Source: an uncultured bacterium (GTDB taxonomy: Bacteria > Omnitrophota > Omnitrophia > Omnitrophales > Aquincolibacteriaceae). Taken from it: 64,000 bases of DNA. Numbering within the stretch: position 1 is the first letter of the stretch; the number at the start of each line of letters is the position of its first letter. Positions 48,901 to 53,317 of the stretch are shown here, piece after piece. The position numbers and the translations under genes were made by a program. The stretch spans positions 5,864-69,863 of the forward strand of contig CAYULU010000002.1 of NCBI GenBank assembly GCA_964445745.1, in the 5' to 3' direction. The notes under the pieces were generated by a model. The model saw nothing but the letters and a program-made list of their open reading frames with translations, searched no databases and had not been told where the DNA came from.

Positions 48901-49872
48901 GCGATTAGCATTAAGATCCGCCTGTTTTTCGTTTATCGCTTGACGCTTACCGCCTAACACGAGCGGAAGCGTTCGTTCCAAATACGTGAACAGATCCAGT
49001 TTTTTCGCATCAAACTGCTCTTTGACCTTCATCCATTCCCTGAATTCCTTCGGAAATCGGCGGGCGGCAAGAAGTTTTAATTCTTTCTCAATCGCGCTGA
49101 GATCTCGTCCAATGGTTTCCTTTTTTTCTGCGGATAGTCGGTACTGATCGATATTGTCTTGGTGAAGTTTTAGGCTGTCAGCACCGATAAGCGTCCAATC
49201 CAGTCCATGATCCATAGTCCGCGGCCCACTGATGGAGTGTGTGATTTGACTAAGGTCTGTGGACTGTCGCCCGTGGGCTAATCCGCTTTGCCGATTGATG
49301 TGTGCATACTCAGCACCCCGCAACCGAAGCTTATCCAGAAAAAAATAGGAAATTTTTTCTTTCAGGGCGGGATCTTCAATGAACCTGAAAAGGTCATCCG
49401 TCGGAACTGGCCCCTCATATCCCTCCTGAAAGACAGTTGCGACTCCGTAGCGTTCTGTAAGCAAGCGAATAATCTTTGCTATATTTTCCTGCCCTTCAAG
49501 TGAGTCGTGAGCATCTTGAATGAACACAATCATGCGGTCATTTCGAGGAATAGGTAATGATGGACGTTGACCGCTTGCGTTATCCGTTTCACCGTTATCA
49601 GAACCTGTCGCCTGTTCCCCGTTCCCCGGGGCGCGGTAAACTTCGTTTATCGAGCCCAGTTCGGGAGGGAGCCAGCCGTTTTCATAAAGGGGTTGGCTTT
49701 GAAATCCGGCAAGGCTCTCCCCTCCCTGAACTATGGATGATGAGGGTATCTGGCCGAGGGCCTGTGAAGGGAAAAAGAGGATATCAGTAAAAAGAAAGAG
49801 CACCGCAACGAACACTGCGGTGCTCTTAATTGCCGTCCCTTTTTTAGCTTTATAATGAGATAGATTCTGCAT
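36985..49872 (-). CDS. Giant 4,295-aa membrane-anchored mosaic protein (polyprotein-like chain of about 12 modules separated by R-S-E-x-R motifs)
   Basis: Single stop-free 12,888-nt ORF. AAGGGG RBS 9 nt upstream of the ATG. N-terminal hydrophobic anchor. Several modules have recognisable enzyme motifs (listed below). Confidence 0.9.
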   Translation of the reverse strand: MQNLSHYKAKKGTAIKSTAVFVAVLFLFTDILFFPSQALGQIPSSSIVQGGESLAGFQSQPLYENGWLPPELGSINEVYRAPGNGEQATGSDNGETDNASGQRPSLPIPRNDRMIVFIQDAHDSLEGQENIAKIIRLLTERYGVATVFQEGYEGPVPTDDLFRFIEDPALKEKISYFFLDKLRLRGAEYAHINRQSGLAHGRQSTDLSQITHSISGPRTMDHGLDWTLIGADSLKLHQDNIDQYRLSAEKKETIGRDLSAIEKELKLLAARRFPKEFREWMKVKEQFDAKKLDLFTYLERTLPLVLGGKRQAINEKQADLNANRLPFTPDAATPLLRFILEAVRSNNPVVLEKAKHIDAREVFAELLKLEQMIAETYLADGEGGTRPFEARSRMMDLNADLQLYDHYKTLQLLKRLNSLEVTQEEYAALLVQPPASGVRHDTPFREAPYHLEVSTQCLAEFIHSQTKKPLVLSKQWERNIQDAVKFYEIALQRDNALSTALGKYFPADQSTQYSKLSGVKPAILVYGGFHKENIKRILEAKGISYVVVSPRITQPSPRHEAYYKQLMTDGFHKFELPFLLRTAASQPTLLNLDPQVARAEIRAVYEAAIRYPNHPETWERHLDSTDPGSIAREISPALESIQEVVKPTRTLEKVDRRSEVRGEADGKKRNSLFQMSRHSLLKMGLLFFAVGLFSMAHVGGAQPSIERTIFRQGSWNVLGTRDTGPASEKIRTSAGLHSEIKIVNGRHQIFSVKGNGFLRGTLPGMDWGTSFVLPGYWSQGRYFHNPRITHASFDLDEKGELRLKGVFEDQNGNFVADDFEVVFSTAPRGEALMKVSFTMKAKKDFTLDQERLRNHDGFRFAQFSSMFSSMNVGSVHDADTAEYEDETGERIETKLENKNQFIFSEPRPLGPARTFYLKNKNPVSGRNNPTTYIRLAESMDPSQFTPQGWVTESQDVNDDNVGGWIHFDAAKAYYRSGEKIGRFDFVLGIAPNRSETRNQLGEMEEGAPALTTHRIQGRELQDVVAFLDREWPDFETINIGEQNGKTISVKDTLESELPAARFAFEKMMQLRGWMDRNGKENVPLVIWQNMRLGELYPYLGPEIKKSFGILELTKEQYRHLAYSPNPIPGEITASRYLLIKDKVPSSFPSEGSSYDGSPEEEWDSSLVLWLVKDIKLLGEKLKAPVLMIDHSSRSLSGAQEIVKAGEKGTAIVFEESPGSFQAIKTTLDKNGTALVILNVARGAAVRPGASVFDRFDSLFLEKNPEKKVRVSGQELSFFDAFRKVYEAAILKEALLPEAPDRSQKTPQLPALAEIRAVTPKNTSRARHWYFLNQLFRYLFFPKVLGLDFSQGEHRVVDVGVGALPVTTVEMAERFQKEISGAISTGRIEMIGIEIPEAVPYAHITAEGLTAEKFVDKFRFRLSERPMEESLRRWDLKAITLTINGKKEVTGAFASFDSENGTHYRDVAISQEIPYLSLERFYKGRQGDLLKEMIEFLGPEKIRYALSQGVSGTFDGISVELDPVRNMLEKAGVKLVVTDNPWSAGVRDVRLMTVFNVIQHIPQAEKLPFLEKLAKSLKEGKADEHGKLTEMGGILALKGGRLDGTPSFAETYYTNVNGHLVEIETTPHNFNHAVMSGQELGGFSVNFEERKLKPVWISSDGARDSRSEVRTQQELRDKGEFIASLADASLRLTRYLHDNDFHAVLASGDSAEIPLRLVTTAWQTLYPDEPFPLQFVFDGQENSRLYRDWAAVHAFGTDTPEEQSKFLNRAKELIDGKKSPDGRKQLIDFKEGKLVFIDTLMSTGFKTGMLKMIFKRLGFKNISYAILWASDPQILRVLHPDVFVAESARGKIDELGDLDHDLSVLRKNEPARVKLTMEEIQATLTLVQKAITSGGLSPRSELRSDFPKMGKSFFPMERFRSMEELRLTDGRKIPVSVTQKHHEIIEWIKSLQKQGIATPETTLVNFDAHPDTVYENLHEGSWVYWIREPERKTGSVISKGRMVWVRGKAYEPTLRGMWPDELKHGYGSLKENIFKDGADQLKGHLSGPAIITLDLDFLGSSDERTVSLKEVEERIQSFLRAVFESEIQPIAFHISISEKYLAKVRDYMDLPAGMAPRRDEAISQVLVEGIQLKGMRFGRQGTDVLFEPRSEIRSSLNDPPEGVLQAENQEGPQVESDTFQISQDPDFPEILNRVKMLLESYKIPGRYPEDESIRSLLTVVLDPRISDSGKQDKIRECLPSLARKFLSDLCRQIEEIGFPLSAKVMTAPDLIQRLDEFLLRPARQAYEQGKLKRTGQLLEMILSVNGKAYSGGSDPLLLELFEEAKEIESSLHRIEAWFARRVIDDKGTKVIRPTDLPATIQEWEAFSQEERKIIQRARANGEKLKWFEKMHNALIEPVINRAQRINNLQKFIVQGRTSLQKQFAMTVMIITNWMIDLFFIYPLVKMPTIAGALWLGRATGLGVLQVAIVAGAAVLLNMEGGLVRLFLIYPVFKLIWPKLIHLNRKGLIVNFVPSGPGNFAPFLFFNPTLGIDMPLALKERYLISRQVEKALAYYPGITEKIIVDITEAIYQAELQIGDSFNYRRFKIRRAKEKHTREAYTKKNGGESKNPLISFIKREDLSNHFPFYVKLKDRFFRWVGFPAQGYRKGTRPTLLIGDSRQLKKIKQFLKSDGLSEEQLGRVYQLDLAKYFQKIGVSKKTFHGKKPLAGEFIQPMFPTLEENTHQPQKGQLKKTAQNPKGLGNARPGGGKKNRSELRQSSHQGSQVPDVTWEELKQQGYDLYVSRDQKKGEDFYEWVGVVKKDGRILEGSNFVLQVFPKSKFICILLFFPAFPIPVHENDKNGKGRALLRELLALEDYTGYSVVSMATGKFPASLAKMKELHPVVELTESPWPMSLINSSNPEIQEKIKTLYEGVENADDVSDDEKDEVLGALGEATFIGEVTAPFYGLPAEGEETQGRSESRSNLAASLDASLNQERMQVIIDAMEEFREIESSEGNEIPWISPFGSFRPSNIQMIQDLVHHFDIGTKRKKILETGFGDGLTAAILAAATDADVVGIEPDPDRFQVGADFLEFLKIAKGIELPNLQLLQEDLLDHEIDDYDLIYFYYTPPLGDRESFPEKVLAKMEKSLKAESVFVAPILGSEDPLSILDVETRIVREFIAGSGILAHRYDRLGTISTSVFWKKESVNPNEVPGRSEVRSDIETVDRDFARQFRTLDPEKDGDAKVLRAVREVMNQLPVFGKSETGSLGISRADKMILMNSNTNLRSFRMQVSRYFSEDEKGRLRYPEMVSWISDRLGSSQSEGVQTRQSSMENGQEEKRFVPGATDRVESAGSLLRDSQGVVFSENDLQEKMSLLFSKAGIHRRNMKGLITRKGVYFPSAPDTAINVLRTMDLSGRKRAVILDAGHGQGELVFYLAKMIQLWYPDLEVELIGIEFEDEIFDESMRLLEVFKQEELPGKISIQFHQGDFNSEHFEPLFQKADYVYYFSKGTNDIRSFARTLETTMNKPGAKIVEYGEGELAEYMQWIHAPVRSQMSLVSPRIQVHEFVSDGRLEDAKNLQGPRSESRIEKQGIGIFLQTRRVEYSAGKYHLRNRNQSFSQWRSLARSVLRILETEFDNLAIQGISADREREVRQILQNTRYGLVLDTSQIVSLRNREIRRRLNNLRNALASNNREIFLSVVRGLNQLRWLQEPELLSTVKLFRGLRDIAENKWQVADSPQRMNGYLDQLEARLQRVDTLGWLFQRFVSKYVELRSGENPLSHEDAQKKAFETTVAQGNFDFTRQSDNRTLLLFYQLIFVSSREHSEFLESISRIAGQQAFKAPGRVPDDTSQLATWMPNDLYLWAPQVVLEALSKFEPLRSELRQPKETGKYFLLNKPVGFITTEKQEPNAPHTPIAWDLLPPDVKNGRHFLGRLDKDTSGLLLVGGNAELNQLLLNPKRNPDHKVRKTYEAVVGGHVTEASVNRLKQGVIISAEGKKYLVHANELRILERFWEGKRPLTRLEIVISEGKFHQVRTMLRVVGHQVLELQRTAFGPILLGNLAPGSWRELSSDEYNWLSGRLSQSPVRSSESALEEEYLDPLTGNREPEDDLPRSDDATTERGGELRGAGGKTPGQHFSSSASSTQENIAELEKPAVFVIEKGQIEGMPSSELRQLMVFAAINRKNLWLVVPDMLEGSHSQFLEDLKTLGVRISQDLPEIARSSGVRVIGFSDKETDTAGKLRMRLAQKNPRLAKGVKEYFAFEGGNGFFLAQLVSQPGDLAVMNGFRYDKAGRFQAALHAFLNHLMNSYVVTAISA
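37417..37431 (-). other. Degenerate junction-like motif J11, SSELR (aa 4148-4152)
   Basis: Codons tcc agt gaa ctt cga. Context IEGMP-SSELR-QLMVF, to compare with J6 and J10 RSELR-Q. Confidence 0.5.
37693..38265 (-). other. Giant ORF module 11: RsuA/RluB/E/F-family pseudouridine synthase catalytic domain (no S4 domain)
   Basis: YFLLNKPVGFITT, catalytic GRLDKDTSGLLLV, KTYEAVV, and EGKFHQVRTMLRVVGHQVLELQRTAFGP..LG.L.PG.WREL. Confidence 0.85.
38284..38298 (-). other. Junction motif J10, RSELR (aa 3859-3863)
   Basis: Codons cgt tct gaa ttg cgg. Context KFEPL-RSELR-QPKET. Confidence 0.9.
39175..39189 (-). other. Junction motif J9, RSESR (aa 3562-3566)
   Basis: Codons cgc tct gaa agc cgt. Context NLQGP-RSESR-IEKQG. 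Confidence 0.9.
39301..39783 (-). other. Giant ORF module 9, C-terminal part: class-I SAM-dependent methyltransferase
   Basis: Motif I RAVILDAGHGQGELV, post-I VELIGIEFEDE, then IQFHQGDF and ADYVYYFSKG. Confidence 0.65.
40279..40293 (-). other. Junction motif J8, RSEVR (aa 3194-3198)
   Basis: Codons cgt tcg gaa gta cga. Context NEVPG-RSEVR-SDIET. Confidence 0.9.
40294..40989 (-). other. Giant ORF module 8 (232 aa): class-I SAM-dependent methyltransferase
   Basis: Motif I KKILETGFGDGLT, post-I DVVGIEPDPD, and later DYDLIYFYY. Confidence 0.7.
40990..41004 (-). other. Junction motif J7, RSESR (aa 2957-2961)
   Basis: Codons cgg tct gag tcg cgg. Context EETQG-RSESR-SNLAA. Confidence 0.9.
41005..41607 (-). 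other. Giant ORF module 7 (201 aa): possible GNAT-like acetyltransferase
   Basis: ILLFFPAFPIPVHENDKNGKGRALLRELLAL resembles GNAT motif A (beta4-alpha3, x-x-G-x-G/A). Tentative. Confidence 0.3.
41608..41622 (-). other. Junction motif J6, RSELR (aa 2751-2755)
   Basis: Codons cgc agt gaa ctc cga; Ser here uses the AGY codon family. Context GGKKN-RSELR-QSSHQ. Confidence 0.9.
41632..41641 (-). repeat. G10 homopolymer (C10 on the plus strand) inside the giant ORF
   Basis: Minus strand ccg ggg ggg ggg aag encodes P-G-G-G-K (aa 2744-2748). It ends 9 nt upstream of junction J6. Confidence 0.95.
42373..42612 (-). other. Giant ORF module 6: internal cluster of 3-4 transmembrane helices (aa ~2421-2500)
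   Basis: FAMTVMIITNWMIDLFFIYPLV...IAGALWLGRATGLGVLQVAIVAGAAVLL...LVRLFLIYPVFKLIWPKL. Confidence 0.6.
43417..43431 (-). other. Junction motif J5, RSEIR (aa 2148-2152)
   Basis: Codons cgc tcg gaa att cgt. Context VLFEP-RSEIR-SSLND. Confidence 0.9.
43432..44166 (-). other. Giant ORF module 5 (245 aa): UPF0489/arginase-fold-like module
   Basis: HHEIIEW...TLVNFDAHPDT...GSW...AIITLDLDFLGS matches the DxHxD / DxD metal-site pattern of the ureohydrolase-related UPF0489 family. Confidence 0.5.
44167..44181 (-). other. Junction motif J4, RSELR (aa 1898-1902)
   Basis: Codons cgt tcc gag ctt cgg. Context GGLSP-RSELR-SDFPK. Confidence 0.9.
44182..44865 (-). other. Giant ORF module 4 (228 aa): unknown, weak PRTase-like loop
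   Basis: GKLVFIDTLMSTGFKTG resembles the hydrophobic-D-x-x-x-TG PRPP loop of type I phosphoribosyltransferases. Weak evidence. Confidence 0.25.
44866..44880 (-). other. Junction motif J3, RSEVR (aa 1665-1669)
   Basis: Codons cgc tct gaa gtt cgc. Context GARDS-RSEVR-TQQEL. Confidence 0.9.
45004..45906 (-). other. Giant ORF module 3, C-terminal part: class-I SAM-methyltransferase-like region with a large insertion
   Basis: Motif-I-like HRVVDVGVGALPVTT, post-I IEMIGIEIPEA, and a later DVRLMTVFNVIQHIP. Assignment is tentative. Confidence 0.4.
46882..46896 (-). other. Junction motif J2, RSETR (aa 993-997)
   Basis: Codons cgc tca gaa acg aga. Context IAPN-RSETR-NQLGE. Confidence 0.9.
47770..47850 (-). 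other. Giant ORF: internal Sec-type signal-peptide-like segment (aa 675-701)
   Basis: MSRHSLLK-MGLLFFAVGLFSM-AHVGGA-QP has an n/h/c-region layout. It begins with Met, 14 residues after J1. Confidence 0.6.
47890..47904 (-). other. Junction motif J1, RSEVR (aa 657-661)
   Basis: Codons cgg tct gaa gtt cga. Context EKVDR-RSEVR-GEADG. Confidence 0.9.
49765..49824 (-). other. Giant ORF: N-terminal signal-anchor/transmembrane helix (aa 17-36)
   Basis: STAVFVAVLFLFTDILFFPS, preceded by the basic KAKKGTAIK. Confidence 0.7.
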
Positions 49873-49990
49873 CTAGCCAACCCCTTGACTATAGTAAATT
49901 CTTTTTAAATGTTCTTCGCTCCAAAAGTTAACACTTTTAAATGTTTAGTCAAATGATGGGGTTCCCAAAAGCGGGATAACAATCAGAATG

Positions 49991-50020
49991 TTATAAATTG
50001 CTATATATTGTCACTGTCAA
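49991..50020 (-). promoter_or_regulatory. Candidate sigma-70-type promoter for the giant ORF
   Basis: Minus strand reads TTGACA-18 nt-TTATAA inside an AT-rich 266-nt spacer, about 120 nt upstream of the ATG. Confidence 0.3.
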
Positions 50021-50138
50021 AATCGGTAGAGAATCGGCAGATTTATTAAATTCTGATTGGCAATCAAAGAGTAGCCGGCGGATCCACCTTGTCGGGATCG
50101 AGCACCCGCTACAGAAGGAATGAAAAAAGATCGCTTTT

Positions 50139-51665
50139 TTATCCGTCGTAAAGGTTTTGGGTAGCAAACTCAGGATCGCTCGTAAAATGAATCCGGAGTT
50201 TTCGAAGGGCTTTTTCATCGCCCGGAGTCGGAATATGGGTGATGTGCATTGGCCGGTCTCGCAAGGCCGTCAAACTCTCCATAGCCTTTTGTGCGGTCGG
50301 ATTCGTGGTGGCGCTCATACTCAGGGCAATAAGAATTTCTTCCAGATCAAGACTGACTGCTTTACTCCCAAACACATCCTGCTTAAGCTCTCCGATCGAC
50401 TGGATAACATTGGGCGACAAAATATGGATATCTTCCGGCAGACCGGCAACAGCCTTGACAGCATTCAGCACCGCACTCGAAGCCGCGTGCATCAGCGGGG
50501 TATTCTTTCCAGTGACAATCGTTCCGTCGGACAATCCAAGCGCCGCACCGCAGTAAATCCCCTGATTCCCTTTCCCTTTTTTCTGCGCCTCCTTGGCTGC
50601 CTGGCGCGCCGGCTCCACCACGGGCCGATGTTCGGGTTTCACCTCAAGGTCCTCCATTAAAAGACCGGCTTTTTCGACCACCTCTTTTTCCACATAACCC
50701 ATCCGGTAATCACAGGCACATTGGAAATACCGTGCGATCACCTCCTGCACCGCAGCTTTTTTCACAATCTCATCATCTACAATTCCAAATCCCGCGCGAT
50801 TAACCCCCATATCCGTCGGGGATTCGTAATAAGACTCACCCCCCGTAATCTTTTTCAAAATTCGTTTAAGCACGGGGAACACTTCAACATCGCGATTGTA
50901 ATTGACGGTTGTTTTTTGGTACGTCTCAAGATGGAACGGATCAATCATGTTAAAATCCATGAGATCCGTCGTTGCCGCCTCATACGCAATATTCACGGGA
51001 TGCTTCAGGGGAATATTCCAGATCGGGAAGGTTTCGAATTTCGCGTAGCCGCTCGCGAGCCCCTGCTTGTGGTCATGATAAAGCTGGGACAGACAAGTCG
51101 CCAATTTACCACTGCCGGGACCCGGGCCTGAAACGATGACGAGCGGCTTTTTCGTCACAATGTACTCGTTAGCACCGTACCCTTCATCGCTGACAATCGT
51201 ATCCACATCGGTTGGATAACCCTTGGTAAACCGGTGGGTGTAGGTCCTGATCCCGCGACGCTCAAGTTTGTTTTTAAAAATTTTAGCGGCCGGTTGCTCC
51301 GAAAAACGCGTAATCACGACCGCCGCCACATCAAGCTCCCACCCGCGGTATTCATCAATCATGCGAAATATGTCGGCATCATACGTAATTCCGAAATCCG
51401 CCCGCATTTTTCGCCGTTCAATATCACCCGCGTGAATACACATGACAATTTCAGCCTTGTCACGGAGTTTGTGAAGAAGCCGCATTTTCACGTTAGGATC
51501 AAAGCCCGGGAGGACTCGCATCGCATGATAATCACCAATAATCTTCCCCCCAAATTCAAGGTAAAGCTTATCGCTAAATCGCTCAACACGTTCCAGGATG
51601 GCAGCCGACTGCTCGTTGAGGTATTTAAGATTATCAAAACCCGTATTCTTCACCACCGCCTGCAT
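50139..51665 (-). CDS. DUF1846/UPF0371 family protein
   Basis: Start trimmed to MQAVVKNTGFDNLKYL. Family-typical length of about 500 aa and motifs (GFD..KY..EQ...I..R, GPGPGSGKLATCLSQLYHD). Confidence 0.75.
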   Translation of the reverse strand: MQAVVKNTGFDNLKYLNEQSAAILERVERFSDKLYLEFGGKIIGDYHAMRVLPGFDPNVKMRLLHKLRDKAEIVMCIHAGDIERRKMRADFGITYDADIFRMIDEYRGWELDVAAVVITRFSEQPAAKIFKNKLERRGIRTYTHRFTKGYPTDVDTIVSDEGYGANEYIVTKKPLVIVSGPGPGSGKLATCLSQLYHDHKQGLASGYAKFETFPIWNIPLKHPVNIAYEAATTDLMDFNMIDPFHLETYQKTTVNYNRDVEVFPVLKRILKKITGGESYYESPTDMGVNRAGFGIVDDEIVKKAAVQEVIARYFQCACDYRMGYVEKEVVEKAGLLMEDLEVKPEHRPVVEPARQAAKEAQKKGKGNQGIYCGAALGLSDGTIVTGKNTPLMHAASSAVLNAVKAVAGLPEDIHILSPNVIQSIGELKQDVFGSKAVSLDLEEILIALSMSATTNPTAQKAMESLTALRDRPMHITHIPTPGDEKALRKLRIHFTSDPEFATQNLYDG

Positions 51666-51791
51666 CACGCCTCCCTGTTTTTTTGTCGCGCAACGCCCCA
51701 CGAACCGCGCACAACAATTCGGCTTGAAATCTTCGTAATCCGTTAACCATTATACATCACGTAGTCGTTTGAGTTTTGAAATGACCGGTCG

Positions 51792-52067
51792 CTAGCTTTT
51801 TGCCGGGCATGACTTGCAGGCACCCGAACAAACCGGAGCTGAAGTCGGCGCCTTATCCTTCTTCGCGGATTCTTTGTACCCTTTGGAGCGATAATCCGTC
51901 TGATAAAATCCGCTTCCCTTGAATAGAACTCCGGCCCCGCCCGAGATCATACGCTGCACCTTTTTTTTCCCGCAGGCCGGACATTTCCGGATCGGCTGGT
52001 CGTTCATCGATTGAAATTTTTCAAACTGGTGCCCGCAGGCACTACATTCATATCCGTACGTAGGCAT
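51792..52067 (-). CDS. FmdB-family zinc-ribbon protein (CxxC..CxxC)
   Basis: 91 aa. MPTYGYECSACGHQFE...KCPACG N-terminus typical of the family. The C-terminal tail carries a further CSGACKSC. Confidence 0.8.
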   Translation of the reverse strand: MPTYGYECSACGHQFEKFQSMNDQPIRKCPACGKKKVQRMISGGAGVLFKGSGFYQTDYRSKGYKESAKKDKAPTSAPVCSGACKSCPAKS

Positions 52068-52236
52068 ATTTTCTAATCCCTCTCTTTTTCTTTGAAGCGC
52101 CGATTATAGAGAAAAAAAACTCCAGGGGTACTATTTTTTACGAAAGACCATTTCATAAACATTGCCAGCCCGTTATCTCCCAAGAGACTGAAAAATAGAA
52201 TTCTAAAACTGATTTCAGAAAACCCGCTCCACCAGC

Positions 52237-53025
52237 TTACGATTGATATTCAATAACGGTCGCGGTCACATCTCCCAAAACAGGCACTTTCACTTTAAGC
52301 TTCAGGGGAATCCGCCGCTCATCCATACTCATCCAGCCGCGAACTTTCCCGCGTCGCACAAAAAAACCTTCGAACATGATGATGGGTTCTATCTCGACAG
52401 CTTGGAAAGTACCCATTCCGTCAATCTTCATTTCTTCAATGTCATGCGCCAAAACCTCGAGCTCCCAGTTCTTCTCATCCGCGTTTACGGGAATAACCGC
52501 TTTCGTTCCCGGCTTAACATCCAGCGTCCGGTAATAATATCCACACGAGATCTGATCCTGGACATTCTTCGGAATCAACATTTCTTTGCGGCTATTGTCT
52601 TTTTTAGAAAAAAATCTTCCCACGTTTTTCGACGGATCATACTCCATCACCTCGTCCGTCCAGTAACGTCCTTCATGAAGGATCTTTTCGTAGCGCAACG
52701 AATGAAGTTTTTCAACATCGATATAAGAATGGTGCGTGTCGCGAACTTTGTAGATCCAGTCCAATACAGATTTAGAGCGGATATTAATCTCAACGTGATA
52801 GGCATCACGACCGTTGATCCGGACAATCTCCTTGACCCAGGATTCGGCTTCGCCCACAGTAATCCCCGCGTAAGACACTTTGAATTTGATCTTCTCCCCG
52901 AGGGAAAACGCGCCCGACGGTTTTTCGGAGACCGGAAATATTTTTTCGGAATCGCCAGCCTGAACCCCCGTCGTAAGCAAACAAAAAAACAAAACTCCTG
53001 ACCCCAAACAGCTATTAATTTTCAT
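52237..53025 (-). CDS. DUF3108-like secreted/outer-membrane-associated protein
   Basis: 262 aa. Signal peptide (CLLTTGVQA), beta-rich, with the pattern GITVGEAES.V.....NGRDAYH.......S....IYKVRD...SY.D. Confidence 0.5.
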   Translation of the reverse strand: MKINSCLGSGVLFFCLLTTGVQAGDSEKIFPVSEKPSGAFSLGEKIKFKVSYAGITVGEAESWVKEIVRINGRDAYHVEINIRSKSVLDWIYKVRDTHHSYIDVEKLHSLRYEKILHEGRYWTDEVMEYDPSKNVGRFFSKKDNSRKEMLIPKNVQDQISCGYYYRTLDVKPGTKAVIPVNADEKNWELEVLAHDIEEMKIDGMGTFQAVEIEPIIMFEGFFVRRGKVRGWMSMDERRIPLKLKVKVPVLGDVTATVIEYQS

Positions 53026-53056
53026 CGCATTTCCATTTCAAAAAAGTGATTAAAAT

Positions 53057-53311
53057 TCATGATCGGATCGAGCCTTTAAGACCAGAGGCAGTTTCACAAG
53101 TATTTCCAACCCGTTGTTTCTCAATGGATTGGAAAATGCAAAAGGGACTTATAAAACCGCTTCTCATTACTACCTTTTGGATCGGGAGCTTTCTCCCTGC
53201 AAGATCCAGGATTCCCGCACAATATTCCAGAGGCCCGAACAACACGGAACTTCCATCATCGCAACCGCTACAGGAACCCCTGTCAATCTCGATAATTTTT
53301 CGCTTTAGCAT
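53057..53311 (-). CDS. Hypothetical 84-aa protein (uncertain)
   Basis: Fits the gap between the GT9 gene (stop 6 nt upstream) and the DUF3108 gene. No family recognised, weak RBS, and competing plus-strand ORFs. Confidence 0.3.
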   Translation of the reverse strand: MLKRKIIEIDRGSCSGCDDGSSVLFGPLEYCAGILDLAGRKLPIQKVVMRSGFISPFCIFQSIEKQRVGNTCETASGLKGSIRS

Positions 53312-53317
53312 CTTGTT

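Noticed and set aside
36985-49872. The giant ORF as several ordinary genes artificially merged
   Set aside because: No stop codon occurs in 12.9 kb in this frame, whereas every other frame is broken into ORFs of at most 241 aa. Module boundaries carry a specific in-frame motif instead of stop/RBS/start signals. An assembly chimera cannot be excluded without reads, so verification is requested in the findings.
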